Of a stretch of 64,000 bases of DNA, positions 29,440 through 38,335 are shown in pieces. The position numbers and the translations under genes are program-made. The notes beneath the pieces were generated by a model that worked only from the letters and a program-made list of their open reading frames with translations, was not told where the DNA came from and did no database searches. Position 1 is the stretch's first letter, and the number at the start of each line of letters is the position of its first letter. Source of the stretch: Thermoleophilia bacterium. Lineage in GTDB: Bacteria; Actinomycetota; Thermoleophilia; Gaiellales; F1-60-MAGs149. The stretch spans positions 26,545-90,544 of the forward strand of contig JBAXNN010000007.1 in assembly GCA_037133755.1 (NCBI GenBank), in the 5' to 3' direction.

Positions 29440-30399
29440 GTGAGCACCCGCATCGTCCATGTCGCCATCGCTCAGGCCGCTCCGCGCATGCTTGATCTCG
29501 AAGGCTGCCTGTCCGAGGTCGAGCGCCTCGCCACAGCCGCGGCGAAGGATGGCGCCCAACTGGTGGTGTTCCCCGAGACGTGGATCCCCGGCTACCCGGT
29601 CTGGATGTACGGGCAGGCACCATGGGATGGCGAGTTGCAGAAGAGCGCCTACGCTCGCATGCTCGACAACGCGATCGAGGTGCCCGGCCCGGCCACTGAG
29701 CGGCTCGGCACGCTGGCCCGCGAGCTCGGTGTGCAGCTCCACCTCGGCATCCACGAGCGCGATCTCCTGTCCGGCGGCACGCTGTTCAACAGCCTGCTCT
29801 CGATCGGTGCGGACGGCTCGGTGCTGGGGTGTCATCGCAAGCTGATGCCCACGCACGCCGAGCGCATGATCTGGGGTCGCGGGGACGGCAGCACCCTCAA
29901 CGTCTACGACACCGAGCTCGGGCGCATCGGCGGCCTGATCTGCTGGGAGCACTGGATGCCGCTCACGCGCATGGCGATGCATTCGCTGCGCGAGCAGATC
30001 CACATCGCCGTCTGGCCGGACGTTGGCCCCAACGCCACGCTCGCCAGCCGCCACTACGCCTTCGAGGGTCGCTGCTACGTGATTGCGGCGGGCTCGTCGC
30101 TGTCGATCGAGGAGATCCCCGAGGACCTCAAGGAGCAGACGCTACTCGGCACGTGGAACGACCAGGTCGCCAACGACGGGCTGCTGCTGTCGGGTGGCTC
30201 TGGCGTGATCGGCCCCGACGGGGAGTGGGTCGTCGGCCCAGCGGGCTCGGGCGAGGAGATCATCCACGCGGAACTCGACCTCGGCCGGCTCGACGGTGAG
30301 TTCCAGCACTTCGACGCTGTCGGGCATTACAACCGGCCCGACGTTTTTAGCTTCTCGGTTGATCGCACTCCGCGCAACGCCGTTGACTGGCGTGGCTGA
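29440..30399 (+). CDS. Nitrilase (carbon-nitrogen hydrolase)
   Basis: Catalytic E (FPETW), K (HRKLMPT), C (ICWEH); D.VGHY.RPD tail. Confidence 0.92.
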   Translation: MSTRIVHVAIAQAAPRMLDLEGCLSEVERLATAAAKDGAQLVVFPETWIPGYPVWMYGQAPWDGELQKSAYARMLDNAIEVPGPATERLGTLARELGVQLHLGIHERDLLSGGTLFNSLLSIGADGSVLGCHRKLMPTHAERMIWGRGDGSTLNVYDTELGRIGGLICWEHWMPLTRMAMHSLREQIHIAVWPDVGPNATLASRHYAFEGRCYVIAAGSSLSIEEIPEDLKEQTLLGTWNDQVANDGLLLSGGSGVIGPDGEWVVGPAGSGEEIIHAELDLGRLDGEFQHFDAVGHYNRPDVFSFSVDRTPRNAVDWRG

Positions 30400-30525
30400 G
30401 ACGCTGTAGTCCGCATCACCGCTGCGTGGGGATACCCGTACGCGTGTTGCGCTGCGGTCGCACAGGGTTCATGCTGCCGCCATGCGGTGCGTCGCTCCGC
30501 GAAGGATGAGCCGAGAGGAACTCCC

Positions 30526-31482
30526 ATGAAGCGCTCCCTGCGCCTACTCACGCTATTCGCACTCGTCGCTGTCGCCTTCTTGGCTGCCGCGAATATCGGT
30601 GTGGCAAAGCCGCACTCGGCAGCGACGCGCCAGGTGCCAAACTGCACCCCGAACCCCGTGCAGACCTACCCCTGCGCCATCGCGGGGACCACGGCGTCGT
30701 CGGCGGAACAGCTCGTGCAGATCTGTAACGCAAACCCCATGGCGTGTGGCATGGCTCCCGGCGAGGAAATCAAGCCGTGCGAGCCGGGCAAGATGCCCAC
30801 GCGCGACAAGCCATGCATCCCGGCTACGGAGGGCGGCAACGGCGGTACCGGTGGAGGTATGCCGAACATCGACTGGGGCAAGTTGCAGCCGTGCGCGGTA
30901 GGCCAGCTGCCGACGCCGACCGCACCGTGCAAGGTTGACCTGCCGGATTGTGCGGCGGGGCAAAAGCCTTCGGCGAATTCGCCCTGCAAGCCGGCGCCGT
31001 GTGCGCCGGGGGTTACGCCGTCGCGGGACGCCCCGTGCCTGCCCGCGGGACTCGACGGCGGCTTCGAGGCGCAGCCGACGAACGACATCAAGAAGCAGCT
31101 CAACAACAAGTTCATCGTCGTGAACATGAACGTCGAGGGCAGCAGCGATGCGAACGGCTCGTTTGAAGTCACCTTCAAGAGCGTTGAGGACGGCGTCAAC
31201 AAGCAGACCAAGGCATACCTCAACGACCAGCTCGAGGGCGAGTCGTTCGTCATCAACACCAACGCCGCCACCAAGTGCTTCGCCGACACCACCGACCCGG
31301 ACAAGATCCCGGACCTCGTGTCGTGCAGGGAGCTCGATGACGCGGCCAACAATGCGCCCGGCTCGATCAAGGCGCAGTTCCGCGGCAAGGTGACGTTCGA
31401 CGCGGCGACCTACCAGCCGACGTTCAAGGCACAGAAGATCGTGTTCCTGAAGGGCGTCTTCAACGTCGCGAAGATCAGCTAG
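30526..31482 (+). CDS. Secreted hypothetical protein with Cys/Pro repeats and a C-terminal beta domain
   Basis: Signal peptide; four C-x2-G-x2-P-[ST]-x3-P-C units; Shine-Dalgarno AGAGGA. Confidence 0.75.
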   Translation: MKRSLRLLTLFALVAVAFLAAANIGVAKPHSAATRQVPNCTPNPVQTYPCAIAGTTASSAEQLVQICNANPMACGMAPGEEIKPCEPGKMPTRDKPCIPATEGGNGGTGGGMPNIDWGKLQPCAVGQLPTPTAPCKVDLPDCAAGQKPSANSPCKPAPCAPGVTPSRDAPCLPAGLDGGFEAQPTNDIKKQLNNKFIVVNMNVEGSSDANGSFEVTFKSVEDGVNKQTKAYLNDQLEGESFVINTNAATKCFADTTDPDKIPDLVSCRELDDAANNAPGSIKAQFRGKVTFDAATYQPTFKAQKIVFLKGVFNVAKIS

Positions 31483-31521
31483 CACCGCAGGCGCGCTGCG
31501 CCCCGCGTGACCGCGCGATAC

Positions 31522-31551
31522 GAGGGCCCGCTCCAGCCGGAGCGGGCCCTC
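31522..31551. terminator. 13-bp hairpin between convergent genes
   Basis: GAGGGCCCGCTCC-AGCC-GGAGCGGGCCCTC. Confidence 0.75.
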
Positions 31552-31564
31552 CGTCGTTCTCGGT

Positions 31565-32989
31565 CTACTCCTGGACGACGAGGACTGTCGCGAGCATCGG
31601 GTCGCCGCAGTAGGCGATGCGCGTGCCGCTCTGGGCCTCGGCCTGCAGCGCTGCGAGTACGTCGCCGTTGATGCGCTCACCCGGTGCCAGCGCGGGCACG
31701 CCGGGCGGGTAGGGGACAGCGGACTCCGCGGCGATGCGACCGATCGCGTCGGCAGCCGAGACGCGCTCGTGGTCGGCGAAGAACGCATCGCGCGGCGTCA
31801 TCGCCGTATCTGGGTCGAGCGTCCAAGCGATCGTGTGGACGAGCTTGCGCGGCTCGCCGCGGTGCTCTTCGATCGCGCGGATGATCTCGGTGGTCATGAA
31901 ATCGACGGACTCCGGCGTGTCGCCGAGGGTGATGACGGGGCAAAACGTGTCGCGGTCGGCGAACTCGAGGTGGAGGCCACGCTGCTCGAGGACGTCGGCG
32001 ACGGCCTGCCCGTCCGCGCCCGTGCCACTCAGCGTGAGCACGATCTTGGTGGGATCGTGCTGGAACAGGGCGGGAGAGCGATTGGCGATCTCCATGCCGA
32101 CGACGCCGAGTCCCGGCACCTGGCGGAAGCGCACGCGCGCCTCCTCCGCAAGGCGGATGGCCTGGCCGAGCAGTTCCTCGCCACGCTCCTGGAGGAGGTC
32201 GCGGGCCAGGTCGATGCTCGCGAAGATCGCGCCGGACGGGCTGGTCGTGTGCAGACCCTCAAACGCCGCCTCGAGTCGCTCGAGGTCGATGCGCTCGCCC
32301 TGCGCCAGCACCATGGACGACTGCGTGAAGCCCGTGATGTGCTTGTGGATGCTCGTCACGAGCACGTCGGCACCCGCCTGAATGGCGTGCGGCGGCAGGT
32401 CGGGGTGGAAGCCGAGGTGTGCGCCCCAGGCGGCATCGACGGTGAGGGGAATGCCATGGGCGTGTGCCAGCTCGGCGTGCGCCGCAACATCGGAGACGCC
32501 GCCGACGTAGCTCGGCTCGACGAGCATCACGGCCTTGGCGTCCGGATGCTCCTTGAGTGCGTCCGCGACGCGACTGACCGGCATGCCGGCCGTCAGGCCC
32601 GTCTCCTCATCGATATCGGGACGGATCCAGACGGGCACGAGACCGGCCAGCACGATCCCGAAGAACAGCGACTTGTGGATCGTGCGTGCGACGATCACCT
32701 TGTCGCCCGGCTTGCCGAGCGAGAGGCAGATCGCCTCGTTGCCATGGGAGGAGCCCTGGACGGAGAAGCCGCACCAGTCAGCGCCCCACAGCTCGCCCGC
32801 GATGCGCTCGGCGGTAGCGAGGCGCTTGGTCGACACGCGGCGATCCTCGACGCCCGTGTAGTGGGGGACGTCGAGTGCCAGGAGGTCGTCGATCAGCTCT
32901 GGATTGCGCTTGTGGCCGGGCACCGTGAACGGCGTGCCGGCATCAGCGAGGAAGTTCCTGTAGGCGTCGTACAGCGGGGTTTCGCTCAT
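31565..32989 (-). CDS. PLP-dependent Orn/Lys/Arg decarboxylase (fold type I)
   Basis: FTVPGHK, GSSHGN, RTIHKS, VDAAWGAH, TSIHK (PLP Lys), TTSPS, PYPPGVP..PGE. Confidence 0.9.
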   Translation of the reverse strand: MSETPLYDAYRNFLADAGTPFTVPGHKRNPELIDDLLALDVPHYTGVEDRRVSTKRLATAERIAGELWGADWCGFSVQGSSHGNEAICLSLGKPGDKVIVARTIHKSLFFGIVLAGLVPVWIRPDIDEETGLTAGMPVSRVADALKEHPDAKAVMLVEPSYVGGVSDVAAHAELAHAHGIPLTVDAAWGAHLGFHPDLPPHAIQAGADVLVTSIHKHITGFTQSSMVLAQGERIDLERLEAAFEGLHTTSPSGAIFASIDLARDLLQERGEELLGQAIRLAEEARVRFRQVPGLGVVGMEIANRSPALFQHDPTKIVLTLSGTGADGQAVADVLEQRGLHLEFADRDTFCPVITLGDTPESVDFMTTEIIRAIEEHRGEPRKLVHTIAWTLDPDTAMTPRDAFFADHERVSAADAIGRIAAESAVPYPPGVPALAPGERINGDVLAALQAEAQSGTRIAYCGDPMLATVLVVQE

Positions 32990-33154
32990 CGTTGCGGTCT
33001 CCAGCGATCGGCCGTCGAACCTCGGCGGCGTCTTTTCGGATTACGGATGTGAGCCGCCCAGACCGCCGATTGCGCGGGCAGGGCTCCCGTGGACGTGCTG
33101 GGTGAGCGTACCCCACCGACCGGCCGCATGGGGGCGATCTGGCACCCTCTGGGC

Positions 33155-33592
33155 ATGCGCCTCGTCCTGCAGCGGGTTTCGGAAGCCTCCGTCTCGGTGG
33201 GCGGCGAAGTTGTCGGCGCGATTGGTCACGGACTCGTGGCGCTCGTGGGCATCGGCGAGGGCGACGACGCGAAGACCGTGACGCGCGCAGCCGAGAAGAC
33301 CGCCGAGATGCGCATCTTCCGCGACGATGACGGGCGCTTTGATCGTTCGGTGATCGACGTCGAGGGCTCGGTGCTCGTCATCTCGCAGTTCACGCTGCTC
33401 GCCGACACCCGGCGTGGCAACCGCCCGTCGTTTACGTGGGCGGCCGACCCCGCGGTCGCCGAACCGCTCGTGAGCCTGTACATCGAGACCCTGAAGGGCC
33501 TTGGCGCGACCGTGGCCGGCGGTCGTTTTGGCGCCGACATGCAGGTTGCGCTCGTCAACGACGGTCCGGTCACGATCGTCCACGACTCCTGA
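33155..33592 (+). CDS. dtd: D-aminoacyl-tRNA deacylase
   Basis: MRLVLQRVSEASV, SQFTL, GNRPSF, FGADMQV.LVNDGPVT. Confidence 0.97.
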   Translation: MRLVLQRVSEASVSVGGEVVGAIGHGLVALVGIGEGDDAKTVTRAAEKTAEMRIFRDDDGRFDRSVIDVEGSVLVISQFTLLADTRRGNRPSFTWAADPAVAEPLVSLYIETLKGLGATVAGGRFGADMQVALVNDGPVTIVHDS

Positions 33593-33658
33593 GCGACACC
33601 CCCGAAGCCTCACGTCTGGTAGCGTTCGACACGAGCGCGGCAGTGATGCGCTCGGCCG

Positions 33659-33686
33659 AGACGGGCCAAGAGCCCGTCTTTTTTTT
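33659..33686 (+). promoter_or_regulatory. rimP-leader-type terminator/attenuator hairpin
   Basis: AGACGGGC-CAAGA-GCCCGTCT followed by a T run, 29 nt before the rimP start. Confidence 0.75.
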
Positions 33687-33715
33687 GGGAAAACGCAGAC
33701 GAAAGGGGGTGCCAG

Positions 33716-34159
33716 ATGAGCGCAGCAGCGGATCCTCGTGAGCAGGTTGTGCAGCTGATCAGCGCGGCGCGCCCCGACATCTACGTGTGGGACGTCATCG
33801 CGGATCCTGGCCATGGCCAGTTGCGCGTGATGATCGATCGCGAAGGCGGCGTCGACCTCGGCGTGTGCGAGGAGATCTCCAAGGTGCTGCTGCCGATCCG
33901 CGAGGAGTGGGCGCTCGAGGTTTCGTCGCCCGGTCTTGATCGCGCGCTCACGCGTCCCGAGCACTACACGCGCATGATCGGACGCGAGGCGTCCTTCGTC
34001 ATGCGTGTTCCGGTCGACGGCCAGACGTCCTTCGAGGGCGTGCTGGTAGCGGCCGGCCCCGATTCCGTCACGGTCGAAACCGGCAGCGGGCGCCTCGAGG
34101 TGCCCTATGCCGACGTCAAGAAGTCAACCCTCATGTGGAAGCTGGTGAAGTCACGATGA
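33716..34159 (+). CDS. rimP: Ribosome maturation factor RimP
   Basis: LRVMIDREGGVDL..C..IS, LEVSSPGLDR.L; first gene of the nusA operon. Confidence 0.93.
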   Translation: MSAAADPREQVVQLISAARPDIYVWDVIADPGHGQLRVMIDREGGVDLGVCEEISKVLLPIREEWALEVSSPGLDRALTRPEHYTRMIGREASFVMRVPVDGQTSFEGVLVAAGPDSVTVETGSGRLEVPYADVKKSTLMWKLVKSR

Positions 34160-35700
34160 GCAAGGAAATCCTGGAAGCAGTCCGCGAGCTCGAGGCGCAG
34201 AAGTCGATCGACGCCGAGGTGCTGCTCGTCGCTCTCGAGGAGGCGCTTGGCGCCGCCTATCGCAAGAGCCCCGAATCCAAGGGCAAACACGCCCGCGTCG
34301 AGATCGATCGCGACACCGGCGACTTCCGCGTCATGCAGATCGACGCCGACGACGATCAGCTCGAGGCCCTCGGCCTGCTCGAGTATCCGCTGCCGCCGGA
34401 GATGAGTGAGATCCCGGTCGCCGAGCCCGAGCGCCCGCGCCGCGAGCGCCCCGCGTTCTACATTCGCGCCGATCGTGATCCCGATCCGATCGACAACGAG
34501 CCCGAGCCGATCATCGAGTGGGACCAGCTGGCCCAGCACGGCATCGTCGCCTACGACGCGACGCCGAAGAACTTCGGCCGGATCGCCGCGCAGACCGCCA
34601 AGCAGGTCATCCTGCAGCGGATCCGCGAGGTCGAGCGCGACATGATGTACGAGGAGTACCAGGACCGCGTGGGCGACGTCGTGACCGGCATCGTCCAGCA
34701 GGCCGACAATCGCTACTGCCTCGTCGATCTCGGCAAGGTCGAGGCGCTGCTGCCCGGCTCCGAGCAGGTGCCCGGTGAGCGCTACGAGCACGGCGCGCGC
34801 ATCAAGGCCGTCATCATCGAGGTTCGCAACGGCACGCGCGGACCCCAGATCGTCCTGTCGCGTCGCTCCGAGGAGCTCATCCGCGAGATGTTCACCCTCG
34901 AGGTGCCGGAGATCAGCGACGGCCTCGTCGAGATCCGCCAGGTCGCCCGCGAAGCCGGCTACCGCGCCAAGATCGCCGTCGAGTCGAAGGTTCAGGGCGT
35001 CGACCCGGTCGGCGCCTGCGTCGGCCCCCGTGGCTCGCGTGTGCGCATGGTCGTCGGCGAGCTCCGCGGCGAGAAGATCGACATCATCCCGTGGAACGAC
35101 GAGCCCGCTCGTTTCATTGCGAAGGCGCTGGCCCCGGCCCGCGTCCGCGAGGTCCTCGTCGACGACGAGAGCATGCAGGCAACGGTGATCGTGCCCGACG
35201 ACCAGCTGTCGCTGGCGATCGGCCGTGAGGGCCAGAACGCGCGTCTCGCCGCGAAGCTGACCGGCTGGCGCATCGACATCAAGTCGGAGACCGAGTTCGC
35301 CATGGAGGGCGACGAGGAGTACGCCGGCGCGGACAACATCGCCAAGTTCCTCGAGGCCAGCGGCTACGACGAGCGTGGGATGAAGGGCCTGCTCAAGGAG
35401 GGTCGCGTGTCGATCAACGGCATCGTGATTCGCCGCTACGAGCGCCTGGTCGGTCCTGAGGACATCGTGACCGTCGATGGTGACGAGCTCGAGCGTCCGC
35501 GCGCGAGCGCCGTGGCGACGCCGGCCGAACAGGCTGAGGTCGCCGAGGAGATCGCAGGCGAGATCGACGCCGAGCTCGAGGCCGAAGAGGCCGCTGAGGT
35601 CGTCGAACAGGTTGCGGCCGAGGTTGAGGCCGAGGTCGAGGCCGAACTCGAAGGTGAGTCCGACGTCGAGCTCCAGGCTGACGAGGGCGACAACGCCTAG
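34156..35700 (+). CDS. nusA: Transcription factor NusA with a C-terminal S4-like domain and acidic tail
   Basis: FGRIAAQTAKQV, S1 domain, KH1/KH2 (REAGYRAKIAV, ACVGPRGSRV, EKIDII, LSLAIGREGQNARLA); extra domain KFL...LLKEGRVSING...PEDIVTVDG. Confidence 0.96.
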   Translation: MSKEILEAVRELEAQKSIDAEVLLVALEEALGAAYRKSPESKGKHARVEIDRDTGDFRVMQIDADDDQLEALGLLEYPLPPEMSEIPVAEPERPRRERPAFYIRADRDPDPIDNEPEPIIEWDQLAQHGIVAYDATPKNFGRIAAQTAKQVILQRIREVERDMMYEEYQDRVGDVVTGIVQQADNRYCLVDLGKVEALLPGSEQVPGERYEHGARIKAVIIEVRNGTRGPQIVLSRRSEELIREMFTLEVPEISDGLVEIRQVAREAGYRAKIAVESKVQGVDPVGACVGPRGSRVRMVVGELRGEKIDIIPWNDEPARFIAKALAPARVREVLVDDESMQATVIVPDDQLSLAIGREGQNARLAAKLTGWRIDIKSETEFAMEGDEEYAGADNIAKFLEASGYDERGMKGLLKEGRVSINGIVIRRYERLVGPEDIVTVDGDELERPRASAVATPAEQAEVAEEIAGEIDAELEAEEAAEVVEQVAAEVEAEVEAELEGESDVELQADEGDNA

Positions 35701-35962
35701 CGCGACTGCGCCCGAGCCCGAGCGCACGTGCTCGGGTTGCGGGCAGCGTCGACCGCAGAGCCGTCTCGTGCGGCTCTCGGTCGACGCTGCCGGCGCGCTT
35801 GTGATCGGCGGGACGACGGGGCGGGGGACGTACCTCTGCTCGTCAGAGTCATGCGTTGACGCTGCGCTGCGATCGCGTGCCATTCAGCGGCGTCTACGGG
35901 CGTCCGTCGAGATCCCGGAAGGCCTTGCGGCGCTTGTGATTGCGGCGCTGCCGGGGGGCTGA
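35654..35962 (+). CDS. ylxR: YlxR/RnpM (DUF448) family protein
   Basis: PERTCSGC, LVRL, GRGTYLC...C motifs; operon position. Start uncertain: the nearest in-frame GTG overlaps nusA by 47 nt. Confidence 0.82.
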   Translation: MSPTSSSRLTRATTPSATAPEPERTCSGCGQRRPQSRLVRLSVDAAGALVIGGTTGRGTYLCSSESCVDAALRSRAIQRRLRASVEIPEGLAALVIAALPGG

Positions 35963-35992
35963 AATCCGCATGGCTGATAGGATCCTCGGCTG

Positions 35993-38326
35993 ATGGCAAA
36001 ACGACGAATCGTTGAAATCGCGCGCGAGCGTGGGCTCGATCCCAATGAGGTCGCCCGCGTTCTCTTCGAGGCTGGCGTGCCGATTCAGCGGGACATGGTC
36101 GATGAGGTCGCCGCGGCGCGCGCGCTGGCTGGCTCCAAGCCCAAGCAGGCACCCACAAAGAAGAAGCCTGCCGCCGCCGCAAAGAAGCCCGCTGCCTCGG
36201 CCAAGGGTGCGGTTGAGGCCAAGCCGGTCGATCCGGCCGCTGCGCATCCCAACGCAATCAAGCCCGAGACCGTTGAGCCGCCCAAGAAGAAGGAAGAGGC
36301 CGCTCCTGCTGCGGCAGCTGGTGAGCGCCCCGCCCGCGATAGTCGCCCGCCCCGTCCGACCTCGGGTGGCAGCCGCTTCGCGCCGCCGCCGCCTCCGGGT
36401 GGGGCTCCCGCTGGCCGTGCGCGTCCTCAGCGTGGTGTGCCGCAGGGCAAGAAGCGTCGCGTCGTCATCGATTCGCAGGCAGCACGTGGTCCCCGCGAGC
36501 GCCCGCAGCGCGGTGGGCGCGGAGGTGGCGATCGTGAGGTCCGCGAGGAGAAGGTTGTCGTCCGTCCGACCGGACCGGTCACGGTGCCCAGTGGAGTCAC
36601 GGTCAAGGAGTACGCGGAGAAGCTCGGTGTCTCCACGGCCGAGATCATCAAGACGATGATGGGTCTCGGCGAGTTCGTGACCATCACGCAGTCTCTCACC
36701 GATGAGGCGATCGAGATTATCGCCGCCGAGTTTGAGCGCCCCGTCACGATCCAGAGCGCAGAGGAAGAGATCGATGACATCGTCATCGAAGACGATGTCG
36801 CCGACCTGAAGCCGCGCGCTCCCGTCATCACCGTCATGGGCCATGTCGACCACGGCAAGACCACGCTGCTCGACGCGATTCGCAAAACCAGCGTCGTCGC
36901 AGGCGAGGCCGGTGGCATCACCCAGCACATCGGCGCGTACCAGGTCGACGTTGGCGATCGTCAGGTCACGTTCCTCGACACCCCGGGTCATGAGGCGTTC
37001 ACCGCCCTGCGTGCCCGTGGCGCGAAGCTCACCGATGTCGCAGTGCTCGTCGTCGCCGCCGACGACAGCGTGATGCCGCAGACGCTCGAGGCGATCGACC
37101 ATGCGAAGGCCGCCGAGGTGCCGATCGTCGTCGCCGTCAACAAGATTGATAAGCCGGGTGCAAACCCGCAGAAGACCCGCCAGGATCTCGTCACGCACGG
37201 TCTTCAGCCTGAGGACTGGGGCGGCGACACGGTGTTCGTCGACGTCTCCGCCAAGGAGGGGACCGGCCTCGATCAGCTGCTCGAGATGCTGCTGCTGCAG
37301 GCCGATGTCCTCGAGCTCACGGCCAACCCCGACGCGCCGGCCTCCGGCCCGATCGTCGAATCGCGTCTCGATGTCGGCCGCGGCCCCGTCGCCACGATGC
37401 TCGTTCAGCGCGGCACGCTCAAGCAGGGCGATGCCGTTGTGGCTGGCGACGCCTGGGGCAAGGTTCGCGTCATGCTCGACGAGCACGGCATCAAGCTGGA
37501 GTCGGCTGGTCCGGCCGAGCCCGTCGAGATCGTCGGCTTCGACAAGCCGCCGCCGGCCGGCGAGGTCTGCCGTGTCGTCGATTCGGAGCGCGATGCGCGT
37601 CACCTCGCCCAGAAGCGCGCCGCGCGTCTGCGCGCCGAGGAGCTCTCGCGCCGCAGCCAGAAGTCGATCTCGCTCGAGGACCTCTTCAAGCAGGTTTCCG
37701 ACGGCAAGGTGCGCGACCTCAACCTCGTCATCAAGGGCGACGTGCAGGGCTCTGTCGAGGCTGCCGTCTCCGAACTCGACAAGATCAAGAGCGAGGAAGT
37801 CGCCGTCCGCGTCATTCACACGGGCGTCGGTGGCATCACCGAGTCCGACATCATGCTCGCTGCTGCCTCGAAGGCAATTGTCGTCGGCTTCAACGTCCGC
37901 CCGAACGCCGAGGCCAAGGTGCTCGCCGATCGCGAGGGCGTCGACATCCGCACCTACAAGGTCATCTACAAGCTGACCGAGGACATCGAGGCTGCGCTCG
38001 TCGGCATGCTCAGGCCGGACATCGTCGAGGAGATCACGGGCACCGCCGAGGTGCGCCAGCTCTTCAAGGCCTCCAAGATCGGAACGATCGCCGGCTGCAT
38101 GGTCACCAGCGGTCTGATCACGCGCGGCTCCAACGCCCGCGTCATCCGCGACGGCGTGATCACCTGGGATGGCGAGATCGACTCGATCCGCCACCTCAAG
38201 GACGAGGTCAAGGAGATCAAGGAGGGCTTCGAGTGCGGCATCGTGCTCAAGGGCTTCTCCGAGCTCGAAGAGGGCGACATCCTCGAGGGCTACATCTCCA
38301 AGTCCGTCGAGCGCACGGAGCTCTAG
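35993..38326 (+). CDS. infB: Translation initiation factor IF-2
   Basis: [49 protein letters not shown]. Confidence 0.98.
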   Translation: MAKRRIVEIARERGLDPNEVARVLFEAGVPIQRDMVDEVAAARALAGSKPKQAPTKKKPAAAAKKPAASAKGAVEAKPVDPAAAHPNAIKPETVEPPKKKEEAAPAAAAGERPARDSRPPRPTSGGSRFAPPPPPGGAPAGRARPQRGVPQGKKRRVVIDSQAARGPRERPQRGGRGGGDREVREEKVVVRPTGPVTVPSGVTVKEYAEKLGVSTAEIIKTMMGLGEFVTITQSLTDEAIEIIAAEFERPVTIQSAEEEIDDIVIEDDVADLKPRAPVITVMGHVDHGKTTLLDAIRKTSVVAGEAGGITQHIGAYQVDVGDRQVTFLDTPGHEAFTALRARGAKLTDVAVLVVAADDSVMPQTLEAIDHAKAAEVPIVVAVNKIDKPGANPQKTRQDLVTHGLQPEDWGGDTVFVDVSAKEGTGLDQLLEMLLLQADVLELTANPDAPASGPIVESRLDVGRGPVATMLVQRGTLKQGDAVVAGDAWGKVRVMLDEHGIKLESAGPAEPVEIVGFDKPPPAGEVCRVVDSERDARHLAQKRAARLRAEELSRRSQKSISLEDLFKQVSDGKVRDLNLVIKGDVQGSVEAAVSELDKIKSEEVAVRVIHTGVGGITESDIMLAAASKAIVVGFNVRPNAEAKVLADREGVDIRTYKVIYKLTEDIEAALVGMLRPDIVEEITGTAEVRQLFKASKIGTIAGCMVTSGLITRGSNARVIRDGVITWDGEIDSIRHLKDEVKEIKEGFECGIVLKGFSELEEGDILEGYISKSVERTEL

Positions 38327-38335
38327 GCCCGGCAT

